This document shows positions 47,850 to 58,052 of a DNA stretch of 64,000 nt, in pieces. The notes under the pieces are model-generated. The model searched no databases and was not told where the DNA came from. It worked only from the letters and a program-made list of their open reading frames with translations. The stretch is from assembly GCA_045633405.1 (NCBI GenBank), contig JAZQYD010000079.1, positions 456 through 64,455 of the forward strand, read 5' to 3'. A program made the position numbers and the translations under genes. This DNA is from Eubacteriales bacterium. GTDB lineage: Bacteria > Bacillota > Clostridia > Oscillospirales > CAG-272. Each line of letters begins with the position of its first letter. Positions within the stretch are counted from its first letter, which is position 1.

Positions 47850-48893
47850 ATGAAAAGGATCATATCCGTGTTGCTTTTTCTCTTGGTTCTCCTCTCGAGC
47901 ACGTCGCTGGTATCATGTGATGAAGCCGATGTGAAAAGCGAGCCTATGACGAAGCAATACTACGATTTATTTAACACGGTGTCGGTCATTTACTCCTATG
48001 CGGGCGACTCGAGGGAAAGCTTCGGACGCAACTGCTCGGTTGCCGAGACCGTCCTCCGTGACTACCACAAGCTCTTCGACGTCTACTATGAGTATGACGG
48101 CATCACAAACCTCGCTACCGTGAACAGAATGGCGGGCGAGGGCCCCCTCAAGGTGGATGAGAGACTCATCGATTTTCTTCTTTATGCGAAGGAGATGTAC
48201 GCCCTGACGGGTGGGCGTACGAATATCGCTCTCGGCTCGGTTTTATCCCTCTGGCATGATGCACGTGAGGGAGCGGACGAGGACGGTGCTTCAACACCTC
48301 CCACCGAGGAGGCACTCAGAGAGGCTTCCCTCCACACCTCCATTGACTCGATAGTCATAGACAAGGAGGCATCCACGGTAGAAATAACCGATCCCGCACT
48401 CTCCATCGACGTCGGTGCCATCGGCAAGGGATATGCAGTCGAGCGGGCGAAGGAGGCTCTCATCGCACACGGTGTAACCTCATACGTCATCAACGTGGGC
48501 GGTAACGTCGCCGCTATCGGCACGAAGGACGGCAAGGACGGCTGGAAGACGGCCATCAAGAATCCGAATAATCCCTCCGAATATGCTCTCTGCGTTATGA
48601 TCTCGGACACGTCCTGCGTTACCTCGGGCAACTATGAGAGATATTTCATTCACGGTGGCAAGAGATACCACCACGTTATAGACCCCGAGACGCTGATGCC
48701 CTCGGAGTATTTCGCCTCAGTGACAGTCATCACCGAGGATTCCGCTCTCGCTGACACCTTGTCGACAGCCCTCTTCGTTATGAGCTATGAGGACGGACTT
48801 TCGCTCATATCCTCCCTCTCGGGAGTCGAGGCTGTATGGATATACGGAAGCGGTGAAATAAAATACACAGACGGTGTAAGGATCGTATCGTAA
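47850..48893 (+). CDS. apbE: FAD:protein FMN transferase
   Basis: Lipobox LVSC, DVGAIGKGY, GGNV, TSGNYER, HHVIDP, ADTLSTA. Confidence 0.95.
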   Translation: MKRIISVLLFLLVLLSSTSLVSCDEADVKSEPMTKQYYDLFNTVSVIYSYAGDSRESFGRNCSVAETVLRDYHKLFDVYYEYDGITNLATVNRMAGEGPLKVDERLIDFLLYAKEMYALTGGRTNIALGSVLSLWHDAREGADEDGASTPPTEEALREASLHTSIDSIVIDKEASTVEITDPALSIDVGAIGKGYAVERAKEALIAHGVTSYVINVGGNVAAIGTKDGKDGWKTAIKNPNNPSEYALCVMISDTSCVTSGNYERYFIHGGKRYHHVIDPETLMPSEYFASVTVITEDSALADTLSTALFVMSYEDGLSLISSLSGVEAVWIYGSGEIKYTDGVRIVS

Positions 48894-48904
48894 CACTTTT
48901 TTGA

Positions 48905-48948
48905 AGAAGGACAGACAGCCCCGTGCTGACATCTGTCCTTCTTTTTTC
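48905..48948 (+). terminator. Intrinsic terminator after apbE
   Basis: AAGAAGGACAGA...TCTGTCCTTCTTTTTT. Confidence 0.75.
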
Positions 48949-48994
48949 TAACCTTTGTTTTTTAAAAGACTTCTGTCTCTTTGTACATTTTTGC

Positions 48995-49062
48995 TCGTTA
49001 TATATTTAACAAATGCTTTCTTTTGTGCTACTATTGACATAATTGTCATTTTCATTTATAAT
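48995..49062 (+). promoter_or_regulatory. rnf promoter with a candidate Rex operator
   Basis: TTGACA(49034)-17-TATAAT(49057). TCGTTAT-ATAT-TTAACAA at 48995-49012 resembles TTGTTAA-N4-TTAACAA. Confidence 0.65.
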
Positions 49063-49132
49063 ACTAAGTAGTAAAACTGTACTTTTTATTAGTGCGTGAA
49101 TTATTTTCAAATCTTATGCGAAAGGATGCTTT

Positions 49133-50467
49133 ATGTTCAAAAGAAGATTTCTCGGAAGAACACACGTCCCACACAACAAAAATACTAAGGATAAGGAGGC
49201 CATCAGATTCTGCCCCGAGTCTATTCTCCTCTCCACCGTTCAGCACATCGGTGCACCCGCTACCGTATGCGTGGCGGTAGGTGACGAGGTAAAGGTAGGC
49301 GACAAGATAGCTGAGGCCGGCGGATTCGTATCCTCTCCCATCTACTCGGGTATATCGGGTAAGGTTGCAAAAATAGAGGACCTTCTTCGCCCCGACGGTA
49401 AGAAGGTACCCGCTGTCAGAATAGAGTCGGACGGTCTTATGACCAAGAAGGAGACAACGCCCCCCGTGATCAATTCTCTCGATGACCTCATCGAGGCTGT
49501 CAGGGTGTCGGGTGTTGTAGGACTCGGCGGTGCGGGCTTCCCCACTGCGGTCAAGCTTGCCGCGGCAAAATCGGGTAATATCCACACCCTTATACTGAAC
49601 GGTGCGGAGTGCGAGCCCTATATCACAAGCGACACACGTACGATGCTCGAGTCGGCTGACAAGATAAGAGCGGGCATCGACACTATCATAAGACACGTTG
49701 ACTCCATAAAGAAGATTATCATCGGTATCGAGGACAACAAGCCCGAGTGTATCGAGAAAATGGCAGGGACCTTCGCCGATCTCGGCAACGCTGAGGTCAA
49801 GGCTCTTCCCTCCCTCTACCCTCAGGGTGCGGAGAAGATACTCATACACAACACCACGGGTGTCATCGTAGAGGAGGGCAAGCTCCCCGCCGACCACGGC
49901 ATCCTCGTTATGAACGTCACCTCTGTCGCCGAGCTTCAGAAGTTCTTCGAGACGGGCATGCCCCTTGTCGAGCGTACCGTTACCGTTGACGGCTCCTCGG
50001 TAGACGAGCCTAAGAATATCACCACCCCCATCGGCACACCCATCGGCGACCTTCTCTCCTTTGCGGGAGTAGACAGCGACAAGATCGGTAAGGTGCTCTG
50101 GGGCGGTCCTATGATGGGAGTATCGATATGCTCTCTCGCCGAGCCCGTGCTCAAGACAACCAACGCCATCACCGTCCTCACCGAGGCGGATGCACGGTAT
50201 ATCAAGCATACCGCTTGTATTCATTGCGGAAGATGCGTCAGTGCGTGTCCCATGGGTCTCAATCCCACCGTCTTCGCACGCTCGCTCAAGGTAAACGATA
50301 AGGATGAGAGAGTCCGCCGTCTCGAGGAAGCTAAGGTGCTCCTCTGTATGGAGTGCGGATGCTGCTCCTTCGTATGCCCTGCGAGACGTCCCCTTGTACA
50401 GAACAACCGTCTTGCCAAGGGTGAGGTAAAGGGTCATACAGCCCACCTCGCATCACTCAAGAAGTAA
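49133..50467 (+). CDS. rnfC: Rnf complex subunit C
   Basis: GLGGAGFPT, NGAECEPY, YPQGAEK, two CxxCxxCxxxCP motifs. Confidence 0.95.
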   Translation: MFKRRFLGRTHVPHNKNTKDKEAIRFCPESILLSTVQHIGAPATVCVAVGDEVKVGDKIAEAGGFVSSPIYSGISGKVAKIEDLLRPDGKKVPAVRIESDGLMTKKETTPPVINSLDDLIEAVRVSGVVGLGGAGFPTAVKLAAAKSGNIHTLILNGAECEPYITSDTRTMLESADKIRAGIDTIIRHVDSIKKIIIGIEDNKPECIEKMAGTFADLGNAEVKALPSLYPQGAEKILIHNTTGVIVEEGKLPADHGILVMNVTSVAELQKFFETGMPLVERTVTVDGSSVDEPKNITTPIGTPIGDLLSFAGVDSDKIGKVLWGGPMMGVSICSLAEPVLKTTNAITVLTEADARYIKHTACIHCGRCVSACPMGLNPTVFARSLKVNDKDERVRRLEEAKVLLCMECGCCSFVCPARRPLVQNNRLAKGEVKGHTAHLASLKK

Positions 50468-50479
50468 AGGAGACTGAAT

Positions 50480-51430
50480 ATGGAAAAGCTAATAGTGTCT
50501 ACGTCTCCTCACGTCCACACGAGGATGACAACGGGCAGAATAATGAGGGACGTGCTCATCGCACTCTCTCCTGCCGCCATCGCATCCGTGATACTCTTCG
50601 GACTTAAGTCGCTCTATATCATCATAGCGTGCACGGTATCCGCCGTCGTCGCCGAGTACCTCTTCAACCTCATAACGAAGAAGACTCAGACGGTCAGCGA
50701 CTGCTCTGCCGCCGTAACGGGTGTAATTCTCGCACTCTCGCTCCCTGCGAGCACGAAGATATGGCATTGCGTGCTCGGTGCGGTCATTGCAATAGTTGTT
50801 GTCAAATGTCTCTTCGGAGGTATAGGCTGTAACTTTGCCAACCCCGCCGTTACAGCGAGAATATTCCTCATTTTCTCCTTCGCCGAGATAGGCGGAGGCA
50901 CTCTGACGAGATTTATGGACGAGGCCGACCTCGTCACGGGAGCTACCCCTCTTGAGATAATGCAGAGCGGCAGACCCCTTCGTCTCATTCCCGACTTTAT
51001 GGATATGTTCCTCGGTAACCGCTCGGGTGCGATAGGCGAGACCTGTGCACTTGCGATACTCATAGGATTTGCATATCTTGTTGTAAGAAGAATAATCAGG
51101 TGGGAGGTTCCCGTCATCTTCGTTGCGACCGTGTTCGTAATGACACTCGCCATCAAGGGCGACCTGACCTTCGCTACCTACCAGATACTCTCGGGCGGAC
51201 TTCTCTTCGGTGCGGTATTTATGGCTACCGATTACGTTACCACGCCCCTCACCGTGAAGGGTAAGATGCTCTTCGCTCTCGGCTGCGGTATCATTACCAC
51301 GGTCATTCGTCTGTACGGCGATTATCCCGAGGGAGTATCCTTCGCTATTCTTCTTATGAATATCGTATCCCCCTATCTTGAGAAGCTCACCGCTCCTCGC
51401 CCCTTAGGAGGTAAGAAAAATGAAAGATAA
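50480..51430 (+). CDS. rnfD: Rnf complex subunit D
   Basis: SPH, NPA, TGATPL FMN site, FMATDYVT, YPEG. Confidence 0.95.
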   Translation: MEKLIVSTSPHVHTRMTTGRIMRDVLIALSPAAIASVILFGLKSLYIIIACTVSAVVAEYLFNLITKKTQTVSDCSAAVTGVILALSLPASTKIWHCVLGAVIAIVVVKCLFGGIGCNFANPAVTARIFLIFSFAEIGGGTLTRFMDEADLVTGATPLEIMQSGRPLRLIPDFMDMFLGNRSGAIGETCALAILIGFAYLVVRRIIRWEVPVIFVATVFVMTLAIKGDLTFATYQILSGGLLFGAVFMATDYVTTPLTVKGKMLFALGCGIITTVIRLYGDYPEGVSFAILLMNIVSPYLEKLTAPRPLGGKKNER

Positions 51431-51941
51431 GCTCCTCCCCTCCATCGCTCTCGGTGCTATCTGCTTCGTGGTAGCGGCTCTTCTCGCCCTCGTGCATTCC
51501 TTCACCGAGGAGAGAATAGAGCAGAACAAAATCGATGAGATGAACGCATCGCTTGCCGACGTCCTCCCTGACCATTCCGGCTTTGAGGAAGTAAATAAGA
51601 CGGCTGATATGCCCTCATCCATTACTCTTATCAAGAGGTCCGAGCAGGGCGGCTACGTCTTCAACGTAGTTGTTAACGGCAAGAACACCGGCATGACCGT
51701 GCTCATCGGCATTACCTCGGACGGTAAGATAGCGGGCACAAAATGCACCGCCAACAACGAGACTCCCACCTATGCGAAGCCTGTATTCGATAAGACCGAG
51801 GCGGGCTATTACGTAGGCATGACCGAGGAGACGTTCAAGGATTATATTGTTTCGGGCTCGACCCTCACCTCCAAGGCGTATGCCAAGGCTGTAAAGGACG
51901 CCCTTCTGGCGTTCTCAATTCTCGAAGGAGGTGACGCATAA
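51420..51941 (+). CDS. rnfG: Rnf complex subunit G
   Basis: N-terminal TM, ETP, VSGSTLTS FMN site, position in the operon. Confidence 0.88.
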   Translation: MKDKLLPSIALGAICFVVAALLALVHSFTEERIEQNKIDEMNASLADVLPDHSGFEEVNKTADMPSSITLIKRSEQGGYVFNVVVNGKNTGMTVLIGITSDGKIAGTKCTANNETPTYAKPVFDKTEAGYYVGMTEETFKDYIVSGSTLTSKAYAKAVKDALLAFSILEGGDA

Positions 51942-52681
51942 TGGAAAACAGCACTAAAAAGCTTATGATATTCATCCGTGGAATAATTCAGGAGAACCCC
52001 GTTCTCGTCCTCGTGCTCGGAACCTGCCCTACCCTCGCCATGACCGCTAAGGTCGATGCGGCGTTCTATATGGGTCTTGCGGCAACGCTCGTCCTGTTAG
52101 CGTCAAACATTGTTATATCAGCTCTCCGCAAGCTTATTCCCGACACCGTCCGTATTCCCTGCTATATCGTTATCATTGCGGGCTTCGTGACCGCTGTCGA
52201 GATGCTCCTCGAGGCATACCTCCCCGCCGCATACACCATGCTCGGAGTTTACCTCGCACTTATAGTAGTTAACTGTATCATCCTCGGCAGAGCCGAGATG
52301 TTCGCAAGCAAGAACAAGGTAGTCGACTCCGCTCTCGACGGACTCGGAATGGGCGTGGGCTTCACCTTAGCTCTTATGCTTATGGCAACAATACGTGAGG
52401 TATTCGGTGCAGGCACCTTCTGGGGCTTGACCGTACCCGTTATCAATCAGTTCAAGATTCCGATACTCACTCAGGCCCCCGGCGGCTTCCTTGTATTCGG
52501 TATCCTGATTGCGATAATGAATAAGATCACCGCTAAACGCGGCGGCGTGAAGAGAAAATCCTTCTCCTGCGTTGGCTGTCCCTCCTCACGTCTGTGTCAC
52601 AAGACGTCCTGCAGTGAGCTCACCGAGCTTGAGGCGGACCGACCCGAAGAGGTAGTAAAGGAGGGCACGGCAAATGACTAA
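51941..52681 (+). CDS. rnfE: Rnf complex subunit E
   Basis: ENPVL..LGTCPTLA, IVVNCIILGRAE, Cys-rich tail. Confidence 0.95.
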   Translation: MENSTKKLMIFIRGIIQENPVLVLVLGTCPTLAMTAKVDAAFYMGLAATLVLLASNIVISALRKLIPDTVRIPCYIVIIAGFVTAVEMLLEAYLPAAYTMLGVYLALIVVNCIILGRAEMFASKNKVVDSALDGLGMGVGFTLALMLMATIREVFGAGTFWGLTVPVINQFKIPILTQAPGGFLVFGILIAIMNKITAKRGGVKRKSFSCVGCPSSRLCHKTSCSELTELEADRPEEVVKEGTAND

Positions 52682-53276
52682 TCTCATTCTCATCCTTATG
52701 ACGGGCGTGCTTATCAACAACTACGTCCTTCAGCAGTTCCTCGGCATCTGCCCCTTCCTCGGAGTATCGAAGAAGATCGGTCAGGCTACGGGAATGGGTG
52801 TGGCCGTCACCTTCGTTATGCTCTGTGCTACGGCGGTAACCCACCCTATCTATCACTACGTGCTTGCAAAGCTCGAGCTTGAATATCTCAGAACGATAGT
52901 ATTTATTCTTGTTATTGCATCTCTCGTTCAGTTTGTTGAGATCGTACTCAAGAAGCTTATCCCCGCTCTTCACAAATCTCTCGGAGTATATCTCCCTCTC
53001 ATCACCACCAACTGTGCGGTGCTCGGAGTTACCATCAACAATATTACAGGCGAGCTTTCCTTCCTCGAGAGCATGGTATCATCTCTCGGTGTAGGTCTCG
53101 GCTTCCTTCTTGCAATGCTTCTCTTTGCAGGAGTACGCTCCCGTATTGAGAACTGCCCCGCTCCCAAGTGCTGGAGAGGCATTCCGATAACCCTCGTTGC
53201 GGCATCTATCGTGGCACTCTCGTTCCTCGGTCTTGCCGGAGTGGTTGAGAATATGCTCGGCGTAGGAGGTGCATGA
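52674..53276 (+). CDS. rnfA: Rnf complex subunit A
   Basis: FLGICPFLGVS, LPLITTNCAVLG. Confidence 0.95.
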   Translation: MTNLILILMTGVLINNYVLQQFLGICPFLGVSKKIGQATGMGVAVTFVMLCATAVTHPIYHYVLAKLELEYLRTIVFILVIASLVQFVEIVLKKLIPALHKSLGVYLPLITTNCAVLGVTINNITGELSFLESMVSSLGVGLGFLLAMLLFAGVRSRIENCPAPKCWRGIPITLVAASIVALSFLGLAGVVENMLGVGGA

Positions 53277-54088
53277 TGGACGTTTTAATTGCAATAGCTG
53301 TCCTTTTTGCGGTAGCGGTAATATGCTCGGTGCTTTTGACCTTTGCGGCGACCTACTTCTCCACTAAGGGAAGCGAGCGTCAGAACGCAATACGCGATGC
53401 ACTCCCCGGTGTCAACTGCGGAGCCTGCGGATACAGCGGATGCGACGCTTATGCGAAGGCACTTGCAGAGGGTGAATGCGACAAGACCAACCTCTGTGTC
53501 CCCGGCGGTGACAAGACCGCACGTGCGGTAGCAGGCATCCTCGGAGTTGCGGCGGGCGAGATAGTAGAGCAGGTCGCATTCGTAGGATGTAACGGAACCT
53601 GCAACACTGTTGACAAAAAGTATATCTACGAGGGTCTTCACACCTGCCGTACGGCAAACATCGCTTATTCGGGCGACAGGGTCTGCGGCTACGCCTGCCT
53701 CGGCTACGGCGACTGTGTGAGAGCCTGCCCCACGAATTCTATATCGATAATCGACGGTATCGCAAGAGTCAACCCGAGAAAGTGTATCGGATGCGGAATC
53801 TGTACACGTGAGTGTCCGAACCACCTCTTCAAGCTCATCAACGATACCACAAGAGTCGTAGTAGAATGCTCCAACCACGACAAGGGCGTCGTGACAAGGC
53901 GTGGATGTAAGAACGGATGCATCGCCTGCGGTAAGTGCGAAAAGAGCTGTCCCCACGATGCGATACACGTTATCGACAACCTCGCTACCATTGACTATTC
54001 GAAATGCACGGGCTGCGGCGTATGTGCGTCCGCATGTCCCACACACTGCATACACGAAGGAAACTTCATCTGCGGTGCTCACTTTTAA
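53273..54088 (+). CDS. rnfB: Rnf complex subunit B
   Basis: LPGVNCGACG and multiple ferredoxin motifs. Confidence 0.95.
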   Translation: MMDVLIAIAVLFAVAVICSVLLTFAATYFSTKGSERQNAIRDALPGVNCGACGYSGCDAYAKALAEGECDKTNLCVPGGDKTARAVAGILGVAAGEIVEQVAFVGCNGTCNTVDKKYIYEGLHTCRTANIAYSGDRVCGYACLGYGDCVRACPTNSISIIDGIARVNPRKCIGCGICTRECPNHLFKLINDTTRVVVECSNHDKGVVTRRGCKNGCIACGKCEKSCPHDAIHVIDNLATIDYSKCTGCGVCASACPTHCIHEGNFICGAHF

Positions 54089-54117
54089 AAAATAACTTAG
54101 AATTGACGAGATAACCT

Positions 54118-54510
54118 ATGGAAAGAGAAACGAGACAGAGGAATATATTTTCTCGATACAAAAAAGAGATAATAATGACTGCCTCGTTTCTCTTGATAGC
54201 GATTATCTCGCTTCTTATTATCACTCTGAGCAAGAAGGCAGGCTCATACGCCGAGGTGTATATCGGAGATGAGCTCATTGCCTCCTACTCCCTCTCGGAG
54301 GACGGAGAGTACACCTTCCTTGACGGAGACGTCACGCTCATTATCGAGGACGGAAGGGCTTATATCAAAGACTCCGACTGCCCCGATAAGGTTTGCATAA
54401 GGAAGGGCGAGGTCTACCGCACGGGCGAGAGGATCGTCTGTGCCCCAAACAAGCTCACAGTGATAATAAGAGGCGAGAGGACGGGCGACGAGCCCGATCT
54501 CGTGTCTTAG
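54118..54510 (+). CDS. NusG domain II-containing membrane protein
   Basis: N-terminal TM, SDCPDKVC...IVCAPN. Confidence 0.85.
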   Translation: MERETRQRNIFSRYKKEIIMTASFLLIAIISLLIITLSKKAGSYAEVYIGDELIASYSLSEDGEYTFLDGDVTLIIEDGRAYIKDSDCPDKVCIRKGEVYRTGERIVCAPNKLTVIIRGERTGDEPDLVS

Positions 54511-54520
54511 GAGGCGGCCG

Positions 54521-55021
54521 ATGAGAGAAAGAACACAAAGGCTCACAACCTTGGCGGTAACGGTCTCTGTCGCTATGATACTGTCGTTCATCGAGTCACG
54601 CCTGCCCACCTTCGTTCCCATACCGGGCATCAAGCTCGGACTCGCAAACGTGGCGGTGATCTTCACCGTATATAAGCTCGGATATCCCGAGGCGGCTTTG
54701 GTCTCCCTTGTGAGAGTGTGTCTGTCCGCCCTGCTCTTCGGCTCGACCGTGTCGCTCGCATACAGCCTCACGGGTGCGGTATTCAGCTTCGTCACGATGC
54801 TCTTACTTAAGGAAATAGTTAAAATGCATACCGTCGGCGTGAGCATTGCGGGCGGTGTTGCTCACAACGTAGGACAGATATTGGCAGCCTCTCTGATAAT
54901 GGGCACGGACGCTGTCCTCTACTATCTACCATATCTTATCATCTCAGGTGTAATAGCGGGTATTGCGGTAGGCTTCGCCGCAAATATGCTCATCCACCGT
55001 GTCAAATTATCGAGGAAATGA
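54521..55021 (+). CDS. Gx transporter family protein (often annotated heptaprenyl diphosphate synthase component I)
   Basis: PGIKLGLAN, GVSIAGGVAHNVGQ. Confidence 0.88.
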   Translation: MRERTQRLTTLAVTVSVAMILSFIESRLPTFVPIPGIKLGLANVAVIFTVYKLGYPEAALVSLVRVCLSALLFGSTVSLAYSLTGAVFSFVTMLLLKEIVKMHTVGVSIAGGVAHNVGQILAASLIMGTDAVLYYLPYLIISGVIAGIAVGFAANMLIHRVKLSRK

Positions 55022-56355
55022 AATTAGATCTCTCAAGCGATAAAATCAACAAGACTTTTTATACCTTGTTTGCCTCCGCACTTGGAAGCACAATAATATC
55101 CACGATATACGCAACCGTTGACCTCATCTGTATCGGACACCACTCGGGCCCTGCCGCTACTGCGGCGATTTCCTTCGTCAACCCTCTGTGGGGACTTATG
55201 ATCGGTCCCGGTCTCCTTGCGGGAGTCGGCGGTGCGGTTATGATGAGCAACCGAAAGGCGGCGGGAAATACCGAGGCGGCTAACGCCTACTATACCCTCA
55301 GCGTCATTCTCTCGCTCATCTTCAGTGCCATTATCTTCGTAGCATATAATTTCTTCCCCTATCAGCTCCTCTCATTCTTCGGAGCAGAGGGTCAGACTCT
55401 CGAATACGGAGTCATCTATATGCGTCCCGTGTCGGTGATAGCCCCGACCTTTACGATGACGGCGTGTCTGTCGACCTTTATGCGTAATGACGGAGAGGCG
55501 GTTATTCCCACCGTGGCTACGGCTATCGGAGGAGTTATAAACATGATACTCGACGTCACTCTCGTCTTCGGGTTCGACCTCGGTCTTTTCGGAGCGGGTC
55601 TTGCTACGGCGATAGGACAGACGGCGGCCTTCCTCATCATCGCATCCTATTTCTTCAGAAAGAAATGCACCATCAAGCTTGTCAAGCCGAGGACGGTCAC
55701 AAGAAAGATATCCCGCATCGTCACCCTCGGTGCATCTGCCTTTCTCCTTGAGATAGCCTTTGCGGCGACCATAACCGTCTTCAACATACAGGTAAACAAT
55801 CTCTTCGGAGAGGCTGAGCTTGCCGCATTCAGCACCTCGTCCACCGTTGTTATAATGTTCATCTGCCTTTACAACGCCATCGGTACGGCACTTCAGCCCA
55901 TATCTGCAACGGCATTCGGAGGAGGCAGACGAGACAGGGTGGATAAGGTTCTCGCCCTCTCGCTGAGGCTCTCTCTTATCCTCGGAGTACTATTCTTGGC
56001 TCTCACAATGCTCTTCCCCGGCACAATCCTCAGAATATATATGGAAGTAAACGATGAGGTAATGGCGGTCGGCCCTAATATCGTGAGAATATACTCTCTC
56101 GGCATCATCTTTACGGGTATAAGCACCGTATCCACCTTCTATTTCCAATCCGTCCTGAAGAGAGACTTCTCCCTCTATATATCCCTTTCGAGAGGTCTTT
56201 TACTGCCGATAATCTTCGCACTCATACTCCCCGCACTCTTCGGTGCCTCGGCAATATGGTGGGCGGTAGCCGCGGCAGAGTTTATCACCTTCCTTATGTC
56301 CGTGCTCTTTATCTTTATTGAGAAGAAACAGGCTAAGATACCAAACGACAACTAA
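55018..56355 (+). CDS. MATE family efflux transporter
   Basis: About 12 TM helices, RNDG, NMILD, GAGLAT. Confidence 0.9.
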   Translation: MKLDLSSDKINKTFYTLFASALGSTIISTIYATVDLICIGHHSGPAATAAISFVNPLWGLMIGPGLLAGVGGAVMMSNRKAAGNTEAANAYYTLSVILSLIFSAIIFVAYNFFPYQLLSFFGAEGQTLEYGVIYMRPVSVIAPTFTMTACLSTFMRNDGEAVIPTVATAIGGVINMILDVTLVFGFDLGLFGAGLATAIGQTAAFLIIASYFFRKKCTIKLVKPRTVTRKISRIVTLGASAFLLEIAFAATITVFNIQVNNLFGEAELAAFSTSSTVVIMFICLYNAIGTALQPISATAFGGGRRDRVDKVLALSLRLSLILGVLFLALTMLFPGTILRIYMEVNDEVMAVGPNIVRIYSLGIIFTGISTVSTFYFQSVLKRDFSLYISLSRGLLLPIIFALILPALFGASAIWWAVAAAEFITFLMSVLFIFIEKKQAKIPNDN

Positions 56356-56373
56356 TCACATCGGAGATACATA

Positions 56374-57885
56374 ATGGCAAAAGACGTAAATAAGATAATT
56401 ACCGAGCTCATAGCATACTCGGAGAAAAAAGGACTCACCGAGACGTCCGACCGTGCATACGCTACGGCGAGGCTGATGAGGGCTCTCGGCACTGACGATT
56501 ATATAGAGACCGCTCTCACAGAGGAAAGAGAGCTCCATGAGATACTCGCCGATGCAGTTGAATATGCGTATGACAAGGGCATAATAGAGGAGAAGTCGGT
56601 CATATACTCAGACCTCTACGATACCGAGCTCATGGGCACGCTTGTCGCACGCCCCTCCGAGGTTATAGCCAAATTCCGCACGCTCTACCGTGAGGACCCT
56701 AAGCTGGCAACCGATTACTTCTACTCTCTCGCTATTGACTCTAACTATATCCGCGAGGACAGAATCAAGCGTGATATGAAGTGGCTGACCCCCTCTCCCT
56801 ACGGAGATATTGATATCACGGTCAACCTCTCAAAGCCCGAGAAGGACCCGAAGGCGATAGCGGCGGCGAAGAAGCTCCCCGCATCGGGTTATCCGAAATG
56901 TGCCCTCTGCCATGAGAACGAGGGCTACGCAGGCACTCTTACAAAGGCTCCGAGGCAGAATTTACGCCAGATCCCCTTCGATATGGCAGGCTCGCCCTGG
57001 TTCTTACAGTATTCCCCCTACGTTTACTATAACGAGCACTGTATCGCTCTCTCGCTTGAGCACACACCTATGAAGATAGACCGCTCGAGCTTCGAGAAGC
57101 TTCTCGGCTTCGTTACCGAGTTTCCCCATTATTTCATCGGCTCCAACGCCGATCTTCCCATCGTAGGCGGCTCCATTCTCTCGCACGATCACATGCAGGG
57201 CGGACGCTACACCTTCGCTATGGAGAAGGCACCCATCGAGATCCCACTCACCTTCCGTGGCTTTGAGGGAGTCACCGCAGGCATCGTACACTGGCCCCTC
57301 GCCGTCATAAGACTCCGTTCGTCCGACAAGGCGGCACTGGTCGAGCTCTCCGACAGAATTCTTAGGGCTTGGCAGGGCTATACCGATGCGGATGCAGAGA
57401 TATTCGCATTCACGGACGGTGAGCCTCACAATACGGTAACCCCCATTGCAAGACGGCACGGCGAGGAGTACGAGTTAGACCTCGCCCTCAGAAACAATAT
57501 CACGACCGAGGAGCACCCCTTGGGTCTTTACCACCCCCACGCAGAGCACCATAATATCAAAAAAGAGAACATCGGCCTTATCGAGGTTATGGGTCTCGCA
57601 GTCCTTCCGTCAAGGCTGAAGGGAGAAATAGCACTCATGAAGGATGCTATTCTCGAGGGACGTGATTTCGACACATCACCTGATATCGTGAAGCATAAGG
57701 AGTGGTTCTCTAGGTTCCGTGATGCATACAGCTTCACCGAGGAGAACACCGAGGAGATTCTCAAGTCCGAGATCGGACGCACCTTCGTGCGTGTCCTCGA
57801 GGATGCAGGAGTATATAAGGTGACAGAGGACGGAAGACGTGCATTCCTCCGCTTCGTTGACTATGTGAACGGCACCCTCTCTTAA
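56374..57885 (+). CDS. galT: Galactose-1-phosphate uridylyltransferase (Gram-positive type)
   Basis: NLSKPEKDP, QYSPY, GSNADLPIVGGSILSHDH, KKENIGLIEVMG. Confidence 0.95.
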   Translation: MAKDVNKIITELIAYSEKKGLTETSDRAYATARLMRALGTDDYIETALTEERELHEILADAVEYAYDKGIIEEKSVIYSDLYDTELMGTLVARPSEVIAKFRTLYREDPKLATDYFYSLAIDSNYIREDRIKRDMKWLTPSPYGDIDITVNLSKPEKDPKAIAAAKKLPASGYPKCALCHENEGYAGTLTKAPRQNLRQIPFDMAGSPWFLQYSPYVYYNEHCIALSLEHTPMKIDRSSFEKLLGFVTEFPHYFIGSNADLPIVGGSILSHDHMQGGRYTFAMEKAPIEIPLTFRGFEGVTAGIVHWPLAVIRLRSSDKAALVELSDRILRAWQGYTDADAEIFAFTDGEPHNTVTPIARRHGEEYELDLALRNNITTEEHPLGLYHPHAEHHNIKKENIGLIEVMGLAVLPSRLKGEIALMKDAILEGRDFDTSPDIVKHKEWFSRFRDAYSFTEENTEEILKSEIGRTFVRVLEDAGVYKVTEDGRRAFLRFVDYVNGTLS

Positions 57886-57896
57886 AAAAATATAAA

Positions 57897-57938
57897 AGAG
57901 CCTCTGTTATCCCTAGCACGGGAGCTGACAGAGGTTCT
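57897..57938. terminator. Hairpin downstream of galT
   Basis: AGAGCCTCTGTTA...TGACAGAGGTTCT. No plus-strand U tract. Confidence 0.45.
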
Positions 57939-58052
57939 ACCTATGAAAAATGACAAAAAATGAATGTTTTTACATATTTTATGGCAAAATCAACCGAGAA
58001 GAAAAAAACGATTTGTTATATAATATTGAAAAAACAGTAAAGTGTGGTTCTT

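Noticed and set aside
57897-57950. preQ1-like riboswitch (AGAGGTTC)
   Set aside because: The segment pairs with upstream sequence as one hairpin. The downstream CCTCT strand and a queuosine gene context are absent.
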